NCBI GenBank assembly: GCA_903836515.1
Contig: CAILQW010000032.1
Span: forward strand, 833 to 64,832
Source: Candidatus Omnitrophota bacterium
GTDB lineage: Bacteria; Omnitrophota; Gorgyraeia; Zapsychrales; Fredricksoniimonadaceae
DNA: 64,000 nt
Direction: 5' to 3'
Below the pieces are notes generated by a model. That model was not told where the DNA came from and ran no database searches. It worked only from the letters and a program-made list of their open reading frames with translations. Of this stretch, positions 47,950-56,503 are shown one piece after another. Within the stretch, counting starts at the first letter, position 1. Each line of letters opens with the position of its first letter. The position numbers were made by a program, and so were the translations under genes.

Positions 47950-48353
47950 TCCCTGACAAGGTTGGGCGTGTGGTGGATGCCAATTACAACCGCGCCAAGG
48001 AAGGGCTGCGGGTGTGCGAGGATATTTTTCGTTTTGTCCAGGATGACAGGAAGGGTACCTCCCGCCTGAAAGGGGTGCGTCACAGGCTTACCACGGCGGT
48101 GGCTGTTTTTGGGTTGAGGGATATCCTGGCGTCACGGGAGATCACCCGGGATGTCGGCCGCGCGACCATCGCGCAGGAATCGTGCCGCGGCAGTGTCCGG
48201 GACATTTTTTATGCCAATATCCAGCGCGTGAAGGAATCGCTCCGGGTCCTTGAAGAGTTTGCCAAGCTGAAGGATCCCAAGGCCTCCGCCGCGTTTAAAG
48301 GATTGCGTTATACCGTCTATGAAATTGAGAAAAACGCGCTGGGCAAAATGTAG
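47934..48353 (+). CDS. Hypothetical protein (139 aa) immediately upstream of and overlapping thiE
   Basis: ORF with protein-like composition, no motif I can name; overlaps hldE 3' end and thiE 5' end. Confidence 0.4.
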   Translation: MPRRMIPDKVGRVVDANYNRAKEGLRVCEDIFRFVQDDRKGTSRLKGVRHRLTTAVAVFGLRDILASREITRDVGRATIAQESCRGSVRDIFYANIQRVKESLRVLEEFAKLKDPKASAAFKGLRYTVYEIEKNALGKM

Positions 48354-48957
48354 CCTTTATCTTATCCTGGATGCGCAGGTCTGTCCTTACGGCAGGCTGT
48401 GGGAAGTCTTCCAGGCAGGGGTTAACAACGGGGTTGACATTGTGCAACTTCGTGATAAATTGGGAACTGTTGCGCAGGCGCTCGCATTCACGGTGCGTGC
48501 CCGGCGTTATTTGAAAGACAGCATTCCTTTTATGGTGAATGACCGCGCCGATGTGGCGTATGCGGCCGGTGCCTCGGGCGTTCATGTGGGTCAGGATGAC
48601 CTTCCTGTAGCCGCCGCCCGCAAGATTCTCCCGCGTCCCTTCTTGGTGGGGAAATCCTGCCAGACACGGGCACATGTGATGGAGGCCGTGAAAGAAGGCG
48701 CAGATTATGCTGGGTTTGGTTCTGTCTTTAAGACCAAGACCAAACCGGGACGTTCTCCCATGGATCTCCGGCTTCTGTATGAAGTGGCACATGGCGCTTT
48801 ATTGCCGGTATTCGCTATCGGCGGGATCACCAGGGATAATATCGCCCTTGTTCGTGCCCAGGGGGTCAGCCGTGTGGCTGTATGCCGTGACATTCTTCTG
48901 GCACAGGATCCGGCACGTGCGGCCAGGGAGTTTAAAAGAGCATTGATCGCGGATTGA
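48319..48957 (+). CDS. thiE: Thiamine-phosphate synthase
   Basis: LYLILD...VQLRDK...VNDRADVA...GASGVHVGQDD...FAIGGI conserved ThiE blocks; true start may lie slightly downstream of 48319. Confidence 0.85.
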   Translation: MKLRKTRWAKCSLYLILDAQVCPYGRLWEVFQAGVNNGVDIVQLRDKLGTVAQALAFTVRARRYLKDSIPFMVNDRADVAYAAGASGVHVGQDDLPVAAARKILPRPFLVGKSCQTRAHVMEAVKEGADYAGFGSVFKTKTKPGRSPMDLRLLYEVAHGALLPVFAIGGITRDNIALVRAQGVSRVAVCRDILLAQDPARAAREFKRALIAD

Positions 48958-49003
48958 TCCCGGGGCCGCAGGGGCTTCTTCGGGAAAAACACATGACATT
49001 TAT

Positions 49004-49077
<74 letters not shown>

Positions 49078-49084
49078 AATTAGA

Positions 49085-49765
49085 ATGGTTTCTTATATCA
49101 GGAAACTTCTTCGTTATGCCGTTTGCGTTGGTACCGTCTTCATTTTGGCGGGCTGTGCGGTACGTAAACCGCTCGTTCCCGTCACCGCGCTTCCAGTTGT
49201 CGAGAAAAAAGGGATCCAGCACAAGGTCCGCAAAGGCGAAACACTCTGGCGTATTGCCAAGGCCTATAAAGTCCCCGTTGAGGACATCATCCAGTCTAAC
49301 GGTATCCCCAATGCCGCTTCCATCGAAGAGAATCAGCTTGTTTACATCCCTGGTGCCGATCATGTTCAGGAAGTGCCTGTGTCGGTGCAGGCTGGCAATG
49401 ATGCCGAGTATGCATGGCCTCTCAAAGGGAAAGTGATTTCCTATTTTGAGGAGCATAAGGGTGCCTGGGTGAACGAAGGTATTGATGTGAGTGCGGTGGA
49501 AGGGGAGGTTGTCAGGGCTGCCCGTTCGGGGCGTGTGGTCTTTGCCGATCATTTGCCCGGGTATGGAGCGACGATCATCGTTGATCACGGGGATGGATTC
49601 CTGACGGTGTACGGGCACAATGCCCGGCTTTTGGCCGGTCTTGGCGATCATGTGGCCTGGGGCGACAAGGTGGCGCAGGTGGCACGCGATGGCGACCTTG
49701 CTTACCTTCATTTTGAAGTGCGCAAGGGGGAGAAACCGACAAACCCCCTTTACTATTTACCGTAG
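49085..49765 (+). CDS. LysM-domain M23-family peptidase lipoprotein (NlpD-like)
   Basis: Lipobox LAGC, LysM (HKVRKGETLWRIAKAYKVPVEDII), M23 (HLPGYGATIIVDHGDGFLTVYGHN...LHFEVRKGE). Confidence 0.85.
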   Translation: MVSYIRKLLRYAVCVGTVFILAGCAVRKPLVPVTALPVVEKKGIQHKVRKGETLWRIAKAYKVPVEDIIQSNGIPNAASIEENQLVYIPGADHVQEVPVSVQAGNDAEYAWPLKGKVISYFEEHKGAWVNEGIDVSAVEGEVVRAARSGRVVFADHLPGYGATIIVDHGDGFLTVYGHNARLLAGLGDHVAWGDKVAQVARDGDLAYLHFEVRKGEKPTNPLYYLP

Positions 49766-49804
49766 GTTCCCTGAGGGGAAAAATCTTTTCAACCGGGATT
49801 GTTA

Positions 49805-51424
49805 ATGGATCATTTTTGCGGCAGAAAAGATGTTCTTGACCTCATCCGCAAGCGTGTCAGCGGACTGAAAGAGGGCTATCGCCAGAATCTGGCCCTCATC
49901 GGGAGCCGGCATATCGGCAAGAGCGCCATCATCCTTAAATTCCTTAACGATTTTGATGACAATGCGGTGATCCCGGTTTATCTGGATCTGGAAGGGCGGG
50001 ACCTCCATTATTTCGTGTCCAGGACCGCACGGACGCTGCTGTATCATTTTGCCCGCACCAAGGGTCTGTTGCCCGCGGATGAGCTGCCGGCGCTGGCCCG
50101 CAGTGTCGGCATGCATATTCCCCGTACTGTCGAGAGTGCGCTGGCTGCGGCAGCATTGGCCGAAAAAGGGAAACTGGCTGAAGCCTACGAGGCCGTGCTG
50201 GCGCTTCCTGACACACTGGCCCAGGAATCCGGCCTGGCCTGTATCTTTGTGCTTGAGGAATTCCATGAGATCGACACCTTCGGCATACCTGGGGCGTTTC
50301 GGATCCTGGGAGACCGCATCACGACCCAGAAAGGCTGCCTGTTTATTATCACCAGTTCCCGCGAGGAACTGGCCAGGAAGATACTGGCCGAAAAGCTGAT
50401 GCTTTTGTTCGGTAATTTCGAAGTTGTTGCCATTCAGCCCTTTGACCTTAAGGCCAGCCATCATTTCATCGAGCGCCGCATGACGGACATGCGGATGGGT
50501 CTTCACCTGCGCAACTTTCTTGTCGATTTTACGGGCGGACGCCCTCTGTACCTTCATCTTCTTGTTCACGAGCTGATCAATCTCGGTGCCATTTACAAAC
50601 AACAGGAAATTTATGTGCCGCTCTTGGTCCAGGCCGTGGAGAACCTCGTGTTCAGCCGCTGGGGGGCCTTGAGCCGTCATTTTGAACTGATGGTGGATCA
50701 TCTGTGCGCCGGCCGGACCAACCGTGTTGTCCTGGACATCCTTTTTGCATTGTCCAACGGCACGCACAAGGTCAACGATATCGTCGCGTCCATGGGATCC
50801 AAGAAGGGGCAGGTCACCAAAAAGCTCAATGATCTTGTGGCGCAGGATGTGGTGGAGAAGAACGGGACGTATTATTATATCAAGGACAAGCTTTTTCGTT
50901 ACTGGGTCAAATATGTGCTCCAGCGCCGGATCAGATCGGTGGATATGGAGCCCTGCTGCCAGGTCAAGGCCTTCAAGGACGAGGTTAACCGCGCCGTCAA
51001 CGATTTCCAGGTCACATCGCGTCAGGATCTGCCCACGCGGGTGACGGAATTGGTGCATTGTTTCGAGAATGAACTCTTGACCTTGCGGGGGCATCTTTAC
51101 AAACTGCCGGTGTTCAAGGATGTTAAGACCCTGAAGATCAAAAGCCGCGGGGGTAACTCCTTTGACGCGCTCGAGGCTCAGACCGAGGAGGGGCCGTGGC
51201 TTTTGGTCCTGCGCAAGGACCCTGTGGCCGAGGGCGATATCAATACAGTGGCCGAGGAAGCCCGTAAAATGGGCGTTCATCCCAAGCGCTGTGTGATCGT
51301 TGCTCTCTCGGAGCTGGAGGACAGTGCCAGGTTGAGGGCGCTGGAGGAACGCATGTGGATCTGGAACGAGGCTGAACTCAATTCCCTCATGAATCTTTAC
51401 GACAAGCCCTACATTTTGCCATGA
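49805..51424 (+). CDS. AAA+ ATPase of the archaeal-ATPase (PF01637-like) type with DUF234-like C-terminal region
   Basis: N-terminal FCGRKDVLDLI...LALIGSRHIGKSAIILKF (Walker A), Walker B-like IFVLEEFHEI, long C-terminal region; ATG 49805 (track starts at upstream TTG 49799). Confidence 0.6.
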   Translation: MDHFCGRKDVLDLIRKRVSGLKEGYRQNLALIGSRHIGKSAIILKFLNDFDDNAVIPVYLDLEGRDLHYFVSRTARTLLYHFARTKGLLPADELPALARSVGMHIPRTVESALAAAALAEKGKLAEAYEAVLALPDTLAQESGLACIFVLEEFHEIDTFGIPGAFRILGDRITTQKGCLFIITSSREELARKILAEKLMLLFGNFEVVAIQPFDLKASHHFIERRMTDMRMGLHLRNFLVDFTGGRPLYLHLLVHELINLGAIYKQQEIYVPLLVQAVENLVFSRWGALSRHFELMVDHLCAGRTNRVVLDILFALSNGTHKVNDIVASMGSKKGQVTKKLNDLVAQDVVEKNGTYYYIKDKLFRYWVKYVLQRRIRSVDMEPCCQVKAFKDEVNRAVNDFQVTSRQDLPTRVTELVHCFENELLTLRGHLYKLPVFKDVKTLKIKSRGGNSFDALEAQTEEGPWLLVLRKDPVAEGDINTVAEEARKMGVHPKRCVIVALSELEDSARLRALEERMWIWNEAELNSLMNLYDKPYILP

Positions 51425-51906
51425 GGATCGTTGCCCTTGCCGATACGCATTCCCGTCCCTTGCCAAGGCCCCTCATCGAGGATATGGAGAACTCGGATCT
51501 GATCCTCCACGCCGGTGATTTTTGCGAGATGGATGTTTATGCCCGGCTTAAAGGGATCAAGGAAATACGCGCGGTCTATGGCAACATGGACAGTGTGGCA
51601 TTGCGGCACCTTCTGCCGCTGCAGGATGTTTTTGAGTGTGACGGGGTGAAGATCGCGCTGGCGCATGGCGAGGGAAGCCCCGACATGATCATCCCGCGGC
51701 TTGCGGAGATATTCAAGGGGCAGGGTGTGCAGGTGGTGGTGTTTGGCCATTCCCATGTGCCGTGCCATGAACGCTTCGACGGGGTTCTTTTTTTCAATCC
51801 GGGCAGTCCGACGGACACCATCCGCTCGCCGTATCTTTCCTACGGGGTGATCGAGGTCAATGCGGGCAAGATCAAGGCCAGGATCGTGAAACTCGGGCAT
51901 CAATAA
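51421..51906 (+). CDS. MJ0936/YfcE-family metallophosphoesterase (calcineurin-like phosphodiesterase)
   Basis: MRIVALADTH...DLILHAGDF...GNMD...GHSHVP motifs; ATGA overlap with upstream ATPase. Confidence 0.8.
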   Translation: MRIVALADTHSRPLPRPLIEDMENSDLILHAGDFCEMDVYARLKGIKEIRAVYGNMDSVALRHLLPLQDVFECDGVKIALAHGEGSPDMIIPRLAEIFKGQGVQVVVFGHSHVPCHERFDGVLFFNPGSPTDTIRSPYLSYGVIEVNAGKIKARIVKLGHQ

Positions 51907-51922
51907 CAGCGCAAGGCATACC

Positions 51923-53119
51923 ATGCGGACAAGATCCGATATAGAAGCCAATGAGGACAAGCTGCTGGCGCCCTACGCGATGAAAGCATCGGGTTCCTGG
52001 GGCCGTCAGTTCGCGGAATCCGAACATGCCAGCCGGACATGTTTTCAGCGCGACCGTGACCGCATCGTCCATTCCGAAGCCTTCCGCAAACTGGAATACA
52101 AGACCCAGGTCTTTATCGTTTTCGAGAATGATTATTACCGCACACGCCTGACGCATACCCTGGAGGTGGCTCAGCTGGCGCGCAGTATCGGTCGGAACCT
52201 CTGCCTTAACGAAGACCTGATCGAAGCAGTCGCGCTCGCCCATGACCTGGGCCATTCCCCTTTCGGTCATGCCGGGGAAGAGGCGCTCGACGAGCGGCTT
52301 AAAAAAGTCGGCCTCGACGGCTTCAACCATAACCAGCGAAGTTTCGACGTGGTGACGAAATTCGAGAAGCGTTATCCCGGCTTCGACGGGTTGAATCTCA
52401 CGGTAGAAGTGCTCGTCGGCATCCTTAAGCACGAGACCCTTTACGACAAGATCGCCGCCGCCTGTGTTACCGGGGACAGGGAATTTTTCCGCAAATTGAA
52501 GGACCGTCCCTGTCCGCTGGAAGCCCAGGTGGTGGACAAGGCCGACTCCCTGGCCTATCTGAACCATGATATCGACGACGGGTTGACGTCCGGGTGCATC
52601 AAGGCGGAAGACCTGGCCGCCAGTGCCCTCTGGCGGCGGGCCGTCGCGCAGATCAGCCGTCCGGGTTTGTGTGATACGGATCCCATGTTCAAATACCAGG
52701 TAGTCCGGGCTCTCATCGACATGCAGGTCAGGGATCTTTTGGAGGCGACATCGGCCAGGGTCGAGGGCGGCGCGTTCGATCCGCTGAAGGTCCTGGTGGA
52801 AAAAAACGGCAAGGGGATCGTCAATTTTTCCGAAACGATGGCCCGCGAGCGTCAGGAGCTTCAGGATATTCTTTTCGAGAAGGTATATCATCACTGGCGC
52901 GTGGAACGTATGACATCGAAGGCGCGGCGCATTCTCAATGAACTCTTCGACGTGTATCTGGACAATCCCAAGCAACTGCCGTATGATATTTATGACAGGG
53001 CCCGGCGTTATTCCCAGAAGGAACTTTACGGGGTCATTTGTAATTATATCGCGGCCATGACCGACAGGGCGGCATTGGATGAATACAAACGATTGTTCGA
53101 ACCTTACAAAAAAGTATAA
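51923..53119 (+). CDS. dgt: dGTP triphosphohydrolase-like HD-domain protein
   Basis: RTRLTHTLEVAQLARSI...AHDLGHSPFGHAGE HD motif; 398 aa. Confidence 0.85.
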   Translation: MRTRSDIEANEDKLLAPYAMKASGSWGRQFAESEHASRTCFQRDRDRIVHSEAFRKLEYKTQVFIVFENDYYRTRLTHTLEVAQLARSIGRNLCLNEDLIEAVALAHDLGHSPFGHAGEEALDERLKKVGLDGFNHNQRSFDVVTKFEKRYPGFDGLNLTVEVLVGILKHETLYDKIAAACVTGDREFFRKLKDRPCPLEAQVVDKADSLAYLNHDIDDGLTSGCIKAEDLAASALWRRAVAQISRPGLCDTDPMFKYQVVRALIDMQVRDLLEATSARVEGGAFDPLKVLVEKNGKGIVNFSETMARERQELQDILFEKVYHHWRVERMTSKARRILNELFDVYLDNPKQLPYDIYDRARRYSQKELYGVICNYIAAMTDRAALDEYKRLFEPYKKV

Positions 53120-54149
53120 ACAGATCATATCGGCGGTGCATATTGTTTACCGCCTGGTGAATTCGACGCCGAATCTCAAGGAGCTTTCCCTCCGTCTGAC
53201 GCGGCTGTTGTGTCAGTTCATCAAGGCCTCATCCGCGGACATCTATCTCCTGGCGCCCGACCGCAAGAAACTCGCCATGATCGCGGCGTTCAACAACCAG
53301 ATCAACTACATCGTCACGAAGTCGCAGGATCTTAAAAAGGTAACAGCGCGCGAGATGAGCGTCACGCAGGGGGCATCCATTTTTGACCCGCGCATGATGG
53401 GCATGCCGCTGGTGACGGACGAGTGCATCGGCGCCATCATCATCAAGCGCGGTGCCGGCGAACCGGCCTTCGACGATTACGACCGCGAAATGTTCACGAT
53501 CTTCGCCGAGCAGTCGGTGACCGCGATCAAGAACCTCCAGTTTTCCGAGCAGCAGCAGAAGATCCTGCTGGAGACCATGAAGCTGGTGCGCACGCTCCTG
53601 GAAAAGCAGGGGGCCAATTACCGTTCCCATAGCCCCGTTTATTTCAAGATTGTCAAATGCATCGCGCAGGCGTTTCGCATGGATGCCGACAGCGTCAACA
53701 ATCTCTATTACGCCAGCATCCTGCACAACGTCGGCGCGGTCGACATTCCTTTCCAGATCCTGGCCAAGAAAAGCCAGCTTTCCGCCGAGGAATTCAAGAT
53801 CATCCGCGACCTTCCGCACAAAAGCGCGCAGTTCATCAAGCCCATCGAATTTTTGAGGCCTATCCTTCCGGTCGTGCTTTATCTTCATGAGAAATACGAC
53901 GGGACCGGCTACCCCTCGGGTCTCAGGAAGGACCAGATCCCTCTGGGCGCGCGCATCATGGCGGTTGTCGATGCTTTCGAGAGCATGGTGCAGGGGCGCC
54001 CCTACCGCAAGCGTTTGACCGTCGACGCGGCGCTCAGGGAGGTTGGCTGTTACAGCGGTACACAATTCGATCCGGTGGTGGTGGCGATGTTCCTCAAGCT
54101 GTCCCGGCAAAAAAAATTCAGAAATTTCTTGAGTGCAGTCCGGCAATAA
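53079..54149 (+). CDS. HD-GYP-domain protein with substituted metal-ligand positions (N-terminal GAF-like region)
   Basis: HEKYDGTGYPSGL GYP motif present, but HD position reads LHNVGA and the first His of the HH pair is Leu; likely start GTG 53136 after dgt stop. Confidence 0.7.
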   Translation: MNTNDCSNLTKKYKQIISAVHIVYRLVNSTPNLKELSLRLTRLLCQFIKASSADIYLLAPDRKKLAMIAAFNNQINYIVTKSQDLKKVTAREMSVTQGASIFDPRMMGMPLVTDECIGAIIIKRGAGEPAFDDYDREMFTIFAEQSVTAIKNLQFSEQQQKILLETMKLVRTLLEKQGANYRSHSPVYFKIVKCIAQAFRMDADSVNNLYYASILHNVGAVDIPFQILAKKSQLSAEEFKIIRDLPHKSAQFIKPIEFLRPILPVVLYLHEKYDGTGYPSGLRKDQIPLGARIMAVVDAFESMVQGRPYRKRLTVDAALREVGCYSGTQFDPVVVAMFLKLSRQKKFRNFLSAVRQ

Positions 54150-54165
54150 AACTATAATTGGGCCT

Positions 54166-54795
54166 ATGAATATCAACTACAAAGAATCCCAGATCGATTT
54201 TCTCTCCCATGTCAAGGGACGTGCGGATGAACCATCGCCTCCGCGCTACATGGCGGCCCAGATCAGCCTCTCGCTGGAAAATCTTGTAATTTTATCGATT
54301 GTGGCTATAATGATCCTCGTCTTTTCGTTTGCCCTGGGGATCGAACGGGGGAAAAGGGCAGTAGCTTCCGCTTCTTACCCGGCTTCCACCGATGTGGCGA
54401 GCATGGCAGCTCCGGCGGATAAAACACCGGATAACGGTGAGGCCCGGGCAGACAAGGATGATGCGCCGAAAGCCAAGCCCGGGGTTGTTGCTGTACGTGT
54501 CATGGCAAAAGCGGCGCCTGTGGTTGATCCTAAAATAATACCCGTGGATACAGCTGCCCCAGCCGGGCCGTTGAGCGGCGCGTATACGCTCCAGGTTGCC
54601 AGTTACAAGAACAACCAGCCCGCCCAGCGTGAGGCGGACAAGCTGAAGCAAAAAGGTTTCCGCGATGTGTATGTTCTCCCCAAGGGGGCGTACGTCATTG
54701 TTTGCGTCGGGAATTTTACCAGGAAAGAAGATGCCTCCGGCGTAAAGAGGCAGTTAAAGAGTCGTTATCAGGATTTTGTCGTCAGGAGATTGTAA
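54166..54795 (+). CDS. SPOR-domain membrane protein
   Basis: N-terminal TM helix, Pro/Ala-rich linker, C-terminal SPOR (YTLQVASYKNNQPAQREADKLKQKGF...). Confidence 0.75.
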   Translation: MNINYKESQIDFLSHVKGRADEPSPPRYMAAQISLSLENLVILSIVAIMILVFSFALGIERGKRAVASASYPASTDVASMAAPADKTPDNGEARADKDDAPKAKPGVVAVRVMAKAAPVVDPKIIPVDTAAPAGPLSGAYTLQVASYKNNQPAQREADKLKQKGFRDVYVLPKGAYVIVCVGNFTRKEDASGVKRQLKSRYQDFVVRRL

Positions 54796-54796
54796 C

Positions 54797-55045
54797 ATGT
54801 CACTTCATTCATCGCTTCGCATTGACAAGGCCGGTGCCGCGCAGAGAACCGTGTTCACCCGTATCGAGCGCATCAAGGAACTTATGAAGAAAGGGCAGTG
54901 GACCGATGAGAGTTCGGTCATCAATCTTCCCAAGAGCAAGAAAGTCCGCGTGAAAGCCGGGAAGAAGAAGGCCAAGGAAGCGGCTGCCGGGGCTCCTGCG
55001 GCTGGCGCCGCTGCGGGTGCTGCCAAGCCTGCGGCCAAGAAATAA
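54797..55045 (+). CDS. Small basic protein with Lys/Ala-rich C-terminal tail (82 aa), unknown function
   Basis: ATG 54797 overlapping SPOR gene stop; tail KKKAKEAAAGAPAAGAAAGAAKPAAKK. Confidence 0.45.
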   Translation: MSLHSSLRIDKAGAAQRTVFTRIERIKELMKKGQWTDESSVINLPKSKKVRVKAGKKKAKEAAAGAPAAGAAAGAAKPAAKK

Positions 55046-55067
55046 TATTTTTCGGTCCGTCCATATC

Positions 55068-55883
55068 ATGAACGTACGTACAATCGCATCAGTCGTTTTG
55101 ATGAGCCTTGCCCTGATCGAGCCTGCCTTTGCGCAGGCTCGATTTCCTTTTACGGGGCGGGTTAAGGCCGATCGCGTTCATATCCGAGCCGGCCAGAGCA
55201 ATAATTATGAAGAAGTCGCCGTGGTGAACAAAGGCGACGAGCTCATTGTTGTTGGCAAGAACTATTCCTGGTACAAGGTACGTCTTCCCGAGAGCGCCAA
55301 GCTTTACATCAAGACCGATTACGCCAAGCCCTTGACCCGCGATATCGGGGAAGTGACCGGAGACCGTGTCAATATCCGGGCGCGGGCCGGAACGGATGCG
55401 GCGATCATCGGCCAGCTGGTGCGCGGGGATCAGTTTTTTATCAGGGAAACCGCGGGACAATGGATCGCCATCAGGCCTGTAATTCAGGCGAATGGCTGGA
55501 TTCATGAAGATTATATTGAATTCAAGAGCCCCAAGGTGGCGCTTCAGCTGTACGCAGTCCCTAAAGACGCACCCGCCCGCGCTGGTATCGTCCAGGTGGA
55601 AACAGACCGCAAGCGCGTGACAAAGTTCACCGGGCTCAAGCCGATGCCTGACGGCCAATACGAGGCGGAAGGCATTCTCTCCAGGGTTGCCGGGGCGGCT
55701 AAAGACAGGTATAAATTGACCCGTGCGGACAAGTCAGGTGCTGTTACGGCGTATGTTGAGGGGCCTGGGTCCGTCCTCAGTGATTTCCTGGGTGTTCATG
55801 TTGTTGTGCGCGGGGTTGCCAAGGATGATCCCGCCCTGGATGCCGCACTCCTTGCTGTCGCCAGAATCAATCTCGCCTTGTAA
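55068..55883 (+). CDS. Secreted protein with two bacterial SH3 (SH3b) domains
   Basis: Signal peptide ...AFAQA; repeated ...RVHIRAGQSNNYEEVAVVNKGDEL.V... / ...RVNIRARAGTDAAIIGQLVRGDQF... SH3_3-like blocks. Confidence 0.7.
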   Translation: MNVRTIASVVLMSLALIEPAFAQARFPFTGRVKADRVHIRAGQSNNYEEVAVVNKGDELIVVGKNYSWYKVRLPESAKLYIKTDYAKPLTRDIGEVTGDRVNIRARAGTDAAIIGQLVRGDQFFIRETAGQWIAIRPVIQANGWIHEDYIEFKSPKVALQLYAVPKDAPARAGIVQVETDRKRVTKFTGLKPMPDGQYEAEGILSRVAGAAKDRYKLTRADKSGAVTAYVEGPGSVLSDFLGVHVVVRGVAKDDPALDAALLAVARINLAL

Positions 55884-56503
55884 TGCTGACCATTGCCCTT
55901 ATTTTTGTCAGCGTTGTCATCCCGGCCATTGTCCTTCACGAATACGCCCATGCCTGGGCCGCAGACCGGCTCGGTGATGGCACGGCCCGCCGGATGGGCC
56001 GCCTGACGGTCAATCCTCTCAAGCACATTGACCCTTTTGGCACGGTGATCCTGCCGCTATTGCTTTACGTCCCTTATGCCATGGGGTGGACCCATAGCCC
56101 TATCATTTTCGGGTTTGCCAAGCCGGTGCCGTTTAATCCCGCGCGCCTGCGATCACCCCGCCGGGATATTATGCTGGTGCGTTTGGCTGGTCCCCTGATG
56201 AATATCCTGATAGCTTTTGTTTTTGCCAAAGCCCTTTTGTTCGTTCAATATCCTCCGGCCCATGATCTTGCGGTCACGGCGGTATTGCTTAATTTGGGAC
56301 TGGCGGTCTTCAACATGCTTCCGATCCCGCCATTGGATGGGTCCGGCATCCTTTACGCCGTCCTGCCGGACCGGCTGCTGGGGTTGGTCCAGCGTCTGGA
56401 TAATTTCACCGGAGTGATCATTGTTTTTGCCATGCTCAATCTGGGGTGGCTTGATTTTCTCAATGTCATTATTTACAATGCAGCGCACGGGATGGGGGTG
56501 TGA
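55883..56503 (+). CDS. Site-2 protease (M50) family zinc metalloprotease
   Basis: HEYAHAW (HExxH) in TM helix, second conserved Asp-containing TM region; 206 aa. Confidence 0.8.
   Translation: MLTIALIFVSVVIPAIVLHEYAHAWAADRLGDGTARRMGRLTVNPLKHIDPFGTVILPLLLYVPYAMGWTHSPIIFGFAKPVPFNPARLRSPRRDIMLVRLAGPLMNILIAFVFAKALLFVQYPPAHDLAVTAVLLNLGLAVFNMLPIPPLDGSGILYAVLPDRLLGLVQRLDNFTGVIIVFAMLNLGWLDFLNVIIYNAAHGMGV

Noticed and set aside
49802-51466. 554-aa minus-strand ORF nearly coextensive with the AAA+ ATPase gene
   Set aside because: The plus-strand frame carries the Walker A/B motifs and is ATGA-coupled to the downstream phosphodiesterase. The minus-strand translation is H/Q/G/R-rich junk.
51872-54176. 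Long minus-strand ORFs (418 aa, 315 aa) across dgt and the HD-GYP gene
   Set aside because: Antisense artefacts; the plus-strand HD and HD-GYP motifs are decisive.
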